From a bacterium (GTDB lineage Bacteria; Cyanobacteriota; Vampirovibrionia; Gastranaerophilales; UBA9971), in NCBI GenBank assembly GCA_037147175.1, contig JBAWVS010000002.1, positions 15,104-79,103 on the forward strand: 64,000 bases of DNA, given 5' to 3'. The translations under genes and the position numbers were made by a program. Positions 59,779 through 64,000 of this stretch are shown piece after piece (the first letter of the stretch is position 1; every line of letters begins with the position of its first letter). The notes beneath the pieces were generated by a model. That model made no database searches. It was not told the DNA's origin and saw only the letters and a list, made by a program, of their open reading frames with translations.

Positions 59779-60219
59779 TTATTTTGAAAATTTATCAAGT
59801 TCTTCTTTTAGTAAATAAATATTCTGGAATTTTGAATTATCGATCTGAATTTTTTTGTTTTTCTTAACAAGAAATAAAGACGGATATGATTGTATATTGA
59901 AATTTCTTACAATGCGTTCGTTTTTTGGATCTTCGCAGTTGATAAAAACAAAGCTGTATTTTGAGCCGGTTTGTTGTCTTAATTTATCAAGAATAGGAGC
60001 AAATCCCTGACAGAAATGGCACCAGTCTGCATAAAAATTAACGACTATGGGTTTATTAAGCTTTTGAGCTTTTTCCCAGGTTAGTCCTGTTGTGTAATCA
60101 GATGGTGTTAAATTTATTTTGGGAGGAACAGCAGATGCAAATTGGAAATTTGAAAATATTGCCGCGAAAGTTGCAGCTATTATTAAAATTGATATTAATT
60201 TTTTGTGCAGAATTCTCAT
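59779..60219 (-). CDS. secreted thioredoxin-fold protein
   Basis: Signal peptide (ILIIAATFAAIFSNFQFASA), WCHFCQ active-site CxxC. 146 aa. ATGA overlap with the glgC stop. Confidence 0.8.
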   Translation of the reverse strand: MRILHKKLISILIIAATFAAIFSNFQFASAVPPKINLTPSDYTTGLTWEKAQKLNKPIVVNFYADWCHFCQGFAPILDKLRQQTGSKYSFVFINCEDPKNERIVRNFNIQSYPSLFLVKKNKKIQIDNSKFQNIYLLKEELDKFSK

Positions 60220-61448
60220 AAAATTGCTCCTTTTGGTACTACAGTAATTCCAGAGTCAGTAACTTCAAAGCCTCTGGCAATATCATCTTCTCTATTATAA
60301 CCTATTTCAGCATAAGGAGGAACAAATACTCCTTTATCTATAATAGCCTTGCTTATTTTAGCGTATCTTCCAATGTTAACGTCTTCCATTAATATAGATT
60401 CTTCAACATGGGCAAAGCTGTTAACCCTTACGCTAAATGAAAGAACGCATCGATTAATCTGACCGCCGCTTATTACACAACCTTCTGAAACAAGCGAATT
60501 GGTTGCCATACCTATACGTTCTGATTCATTCCAAATAAATTTAGCAGGAGGCAGGTTATGGTTTTCTGTTCTAAGAGGCCAGGCTTGATTATATAAGTCA
60601 AATTCGGGAAGTGCTTCTAATAAATCCATATTTGCTTGCCAGTAAGCATCTATTGAACCGACATCTTTCCAGTAACCTTTTTCTGTTTCGGTCATTCCTT
60701 GTATATGATTTCGGCTAAAGTCGTATGCATAGATATTAGCCCTCGTGTACATGTTGTTAATTATGTCATGTCCGAAGTCATGACTTGTTTCAGGATTTTG
60801 CGCATTAGTTTCAAGTTCTCTAAGAAGGACGTCTGTATTGAAAATATAATTACCCATTGACGCAAGAACCATATCAGGTCTTCCCGGAATTGTCGCAGGA
60901 TTTTCTTTAGGTTTTTCCTGAAAGCCTATAAGTTTCCAATCTTCATCAATAACCATAACCCCGAAATCTTTTGCCATTTCAACAGGAACAGGAATAGCGG
61001 AAATTGTAAGGTCTGCATTTTTTTTCCTGTGATATTTCTGCATATGCCGAACATCCATCTTATAGATATGATCTCCGCCAAAGATACAAATATATTTTGG
61101 CTCGATATCATAAATTATATTCAGGTTTTGATAAATTGCATCAGCTGTTCCCTGATACCATTCGCCACCGGTTCTCATTTGTGCAGGAACAAGGTCAATA
61201 AATTGTCCGTAAATCGGTGTAGCAGGCCAAGTACGAGAAATATGTTTATTTAAAGAATCAGATTTAAATTGTGTCAGGACTTTTATTTTGTAAAATCCTG
61301 AATTGATAAAGTTATTCATTACAAAGTCGATAATTCGATAGCGTCCGCCAAAAGGCACCGCTGGTTTTGCTCTGTCTTTAGTTAGCGGATAAAGTCTTTT
61401 GCCTTCTCCACCGGCCATAATCATTACCAAAGTATCATCTGTATGCAT
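60216..61448 (-). CDS. glgC: glucose-1-phosphate adenylyltransferase
   Basis: MAGGEGKRLYPLTKDRAKPAVPFGG, WYQGTADA, C-terminal left-handed beta-helix region. Confidence 0.95.
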   Translation of the reverse strand: MHTDDTLVMIMAGGEGKRLYPLTKDRAKPAVPFGGRYRIIDFVMNNFINSGFYKIKVLTQFKSDSLNKHISRTWPATPIYGQFIDLVPAQMRTGGEWYQGTADAIYQNLNIIYDIEPKYICIFGGDHIYKMDVRHMQKYHRKKNADLTISAIPVPVEMAKDFGVMVIDEDWKLIGFQEKPKENPATIPGRPDMVLASMGNYIFNTDVLLRELETNAQNPETSHDFGHDIINNMYTRANIYAYDFSRNHIQGMTETEKGYWKDVGSIDAYWQANMDLLEALPEFDLYNQAWPLRTENHNLPPAKFIWNESERIGMATNSLVSEGCVISGGQINRCVLSFSVRVNSFAHVEESILMEDVNIGRYAKISKAIIDKGVFVPPYAEIGYNREDDIARGFEVTDSGITVVPKGAIL

Positions 61449-61452
61449 GTTT

Positions 61453-63246
61453 TTATTCCTCTAAGCTTAAAACAGCCATAAATGCTTCCTGCGGAACTTC
61501 AACTTTGCCTACTGCTTTCATTCTTTTTTTACCGGCTTTTTGTTTTTCAAGCAGTTTTTTCTTTCTTGTAATATCGCCGCCGTAGCATTTGTCAAGAACG
61601 TTTTTGCGCATCGCTTTTACGTTTGTTCTTGCGATTACTTTTCCGCCAATTGATGCCTGAATTGGGACTTCAAACATTTGCCTCGGAATTATTTCTTTGA
61701 GCTTGCTTGTAAGTTTTTGTCCGATATAAGACGAATTATCTCTGTGTACAATTGTACTTAAGGCATCAACAATATCACCTGCGAGCAGGATATCAAGTTT
61801 TATCAGATCAGATCTTTTGTATTCGCTGAATTCATAATCCATGCTTGCATAGCCCTTTGAACGGGATTTCAGTTGGTCATAAAAGTCTGTAACAAGCTCG
61901 TTTAAAGGCATTTCGTATTCAATATCAACTCTTGTGTCATCAATATAGCGCATGTTTTTGAAGATAGCGCGTTTCCCTTGTGCTAAATCCATTAAAGCGC
62001 CAACATAGTCATTAGGTGTGAAGATATTTAACTTAACGTAAGGCTCTTCAATATGATCTAAGTATTGCGGCAACGGTAAATTTGCAGGGTTGTCAATCTG
62101 AATCATTGTCCCGTCAGTTTTATAAATATTATAAATAACGCTGGGCGCAGTAGTTATAAGTGAAAGGTTATATTCTCTTTCAAGACGTTCCTGTGCAATT
62201 TCCATGTGCAAAAGTCCGAGAAATCCGCATCTAAAACCAAATCCAAGAGCAGAAGACGTTTCCGGCTCAAAAGTAATACTTGAATCATTAAGTCGGAGTT
62301 TTTCAAGGGAATCTTTAAGTTCATGGTACTGGTCATTGTCTACGGGATACATTCCGCAAAAAACCATAGGAACTGCCTTTTTATAGCCTGGAAGAGCTTC
62401 TTTTGCAGGATTTTCGACTAATGTAACCGTATCTCCGACAAACTGACAAATTTCTTTTATCGATGCGGCAAGATAACCTACTTCTCCTGTTTTAAGTTCG
62501 TTTGCAGGGCATCTTTGCGGTTTCATATAGCCAAGTTCAATGATTTCAAAGTCTTTTTTGTTCGCCATAAATCTTATTTTATCGCCATTTTTGATATTTC
62601 CGTCCATGACTTTGAAGTAGGCGATTGTTCCTAAGAATGGATCGTAATAACTGTCAAAAACAAGCCCTCTTAGAGGTTTTTTTGATGTATCTTTAGGAGC
62701 AGGAACGTATTTTACGATTGCTTCAAGTACATCTTCTATTCCAACACCTGATTTTGCACTTACAAGAACAGCATTAGAAGTGTCAATACCTAATATCTCT
62801 TCTATTTCATGCTTAACCCTTTCAGTATCGGCACTTGGAAGGTCAATTTTATTTATAACAGGAATTATCTCAAGATTTTGTTCTATCGCAAGATAAACAT
62901 TCGCCATTGTTTGGGCTTCTACACCTTGAGTTGCATCAACAACAAGAAGAGCTCCTTCGCATGCTGCAAGACTTCTTGAAACTTCATAACTGAAATCGAC
63001 ATGCCCGGGTGTGTCTATAAGGTTAAAAATATATTCATTTCCATCTTGAGCTTTGTAATTCATGCGAGCTGCCTGAAGCTTGATGGTAATTCCTCTCTCC
63101 CTCTCGATATCCATTGTATCAAGAAGCTGTTCCATCATATCTCTTTTTGCAATGGTGCCTGTTTTTTCAAGCAAACGGTCAGCCAGGGTTGATTTGCCGT
63201 GGTCTATATGTGCTATTATGCAGAAATTTCTAATATTTTTTATCAT
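61453..63246 (-). CDS. lepA: translation elongation factor 4
   Basis: [29 protein letters not shown], and the LepA-specific C-terminal domain ending in a KKRMK...VPQEAF pattern. Confidence 0.97.
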   Translation of the reverse strand: MIKNIRNFCIIAHIDHGKSTLADRLLEKTGTIAKRDMMEQLLDTMDIERERGITIKLQAARMNYKAQDGNEYIFNLIDTPGHVDFSYEVSRSLAACEGALLVVDATQGVEAQTMANVYLAIEQNLEIIPVINKIDLPSADTERVKHEIEEILGIDTSNAVLVSAKSGVGIEDVLEAIVKYVPAPKDTSKKPLRGLVFDSYYDPFLGTIAYFKVMDGNIKNGDKIRFMANKKDFEIIELGYMKPQRCPANELKTGEVGYLAASIKEICQFVGDTVTLVENPAKEALPGYKKAVPMVFCGMYPVDNDQYHELKDSLEKLRLNDSSITFEPETSSALGFGFRCGFLGLLHMEIAQERLEREYNLSLITTAPSVIYNIYKTDGTMIQIDNPANLPLPQYLDHIEEPYVKLNIFTPNDYVGALMDLAQGKRAIFKNMRYIDDTRVDIEYEMPLNELVTDFYDQLKSRSKGYASMDYEFSEYKRSDLIKLDILLAGDIVDALSTIVHRDNSSYIGQKLTSKLKEIIPRQMFEVPIQASIGGKVIARTNVKAMRKNVLDKCYGGDITRKKKLLEKQKAGKKRMKAVGKVEVPQEAFMAVLSLEE

Positions 63247-63317
63247 AGTCTCTTCTATTTACGAATAATTACTACCTTTCCCTTGTAGTATACAAGGAAA
63301 GAATAACTTTGACCATA

Positions 63318-64000
63318 TTATTCTGTTTTAAGTGATTTTGAAACTGCATCTAAAGCATGTATTTGCAAAGTATTAAATAAAGGAATTGATGCGGATTTAA
63401 TCAAAAGAGGAATTTCCGTACATCCTAAAATAACACCTTGGGCACCTTGCCCTTTCAGTTTATTTATTATTTGTAAATATTTTTCTTTGGAAGAGTTTTT
63501 TATAATTCCCTGACATAACTCTTCGTATATTATTCGGCTTATTTCTTCTCTATCCTCTTTTTCGGGAATTATAGTTTCAATGTTGTAATCTTTTAAAAGT
63601 TTTTTGCTGTAGAAGTCTTCTTCCATTGTAAATATAGTGCCAAGAAGCCCAACTTTATTGAAAGTATAATTATTAATTTCTTGAGCAACACTATCAACAA
63701 TATGAATTATGGGAATGTCAATATTTTTTTGAATTTCCGGAGCAATTTTATGCATTAAATTTGTGCAAATTACAATATAGTCAGCATTGCATTTTTCAAG
63801 ATTTTGAGCTGCTTTGGATAATTTTTTTGTTAATTCATCCCAATTATTTTGAAATTGTAAATCTTCTATTTCCTTGAAATTAAAACTTTCCATAATGATT
63901 TTAGCTGAAGATGTTTTACCTAAAATTTCTCTGACTTTTTGATTTATAATTTTATAATACTCAACGGTTGATTCACAGTTCATTCCGCCAAGTAAGCCTA
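63318..64000 (-). CDS. aspartate racemase family protein (5' end outside the window)
   Basis: Asp/Glu racemase pattern (GGM.CESTVEYYKIIN, ICTNLMH, ILGCTEIPLL). The frame stays open to the window edge (upstream residues ...GLLGG), so the true start is beyond 64000. Confidence 0.8.
   Translation of the reverse strand, partial: GLLGGMNCESTVEYYKIINQKVREILGKTSSAKIIMESFNFKEIEDLQFQNNWDELTKKLSKAAQNLEKCNADYIVICTNLMHKIAPEIQKNIDIPIIHIVDSVAQEINNYTFNKVGLLGTIFTMEEDFYSKKLLKDYNIETIIPEKEDREEISRIIYEELCQGIIKNSSKEKYLQIINKLKGQGAQGVILGCTEIPLLIKSASIPLFNTLQIHALDAVSKSLKTE

Overview
AT-rich (roughly one-third G+C by eye), densely coding bacterial chromosome segment. I call about 60 protein genes, one tRNA-Arg(ACG) and one long-form SRP RNA that the ORF track does not show. 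Most genes are housekeeping: rne, ppdK, uvrB, guaAB, hflX, argS, dnaG, rpoD, lepA, glgC, rsmA-ispE, tadA. The gene content suggests an anaerobic, motile lifestyle (desulfoferrodoxin, ferritin, PPDK, a TPP-dependent 2-keto-acid decarboxylase, cheW, a CheY-like receiver, pilT). The taxon cannot be fixed from sequence alone; an uncultured low-GC lineage such as Melainabacteria is only a guess. The best candidate for an undescribed system is a compact, translationally coupled NifH/NifD/NifK-like operon (55979-59769) with no nif, bch/chl or cfb genes around it and an unusual metal-ligand pattern. Other observations worth a second look: (1) an essential ispE gene carries an in-frame foreign insert of about 160 aa; (2) a G10 homopolymer sits inside a small ORF and is a phase-variation candidate; (3) a tail-fibre-like protein and a LamG-glycosidase form a cassette preceded by three tandem 21-bp repeats, lying between an O-antigen-type cluster and tRNA-Arg; (4) a 65-nt hairpin-forming element is conserved in two copies 15 kb apart; (5) hflX appears to need an ATT start codon. 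All family assignments come from motif recognition by eye; no searches were run.
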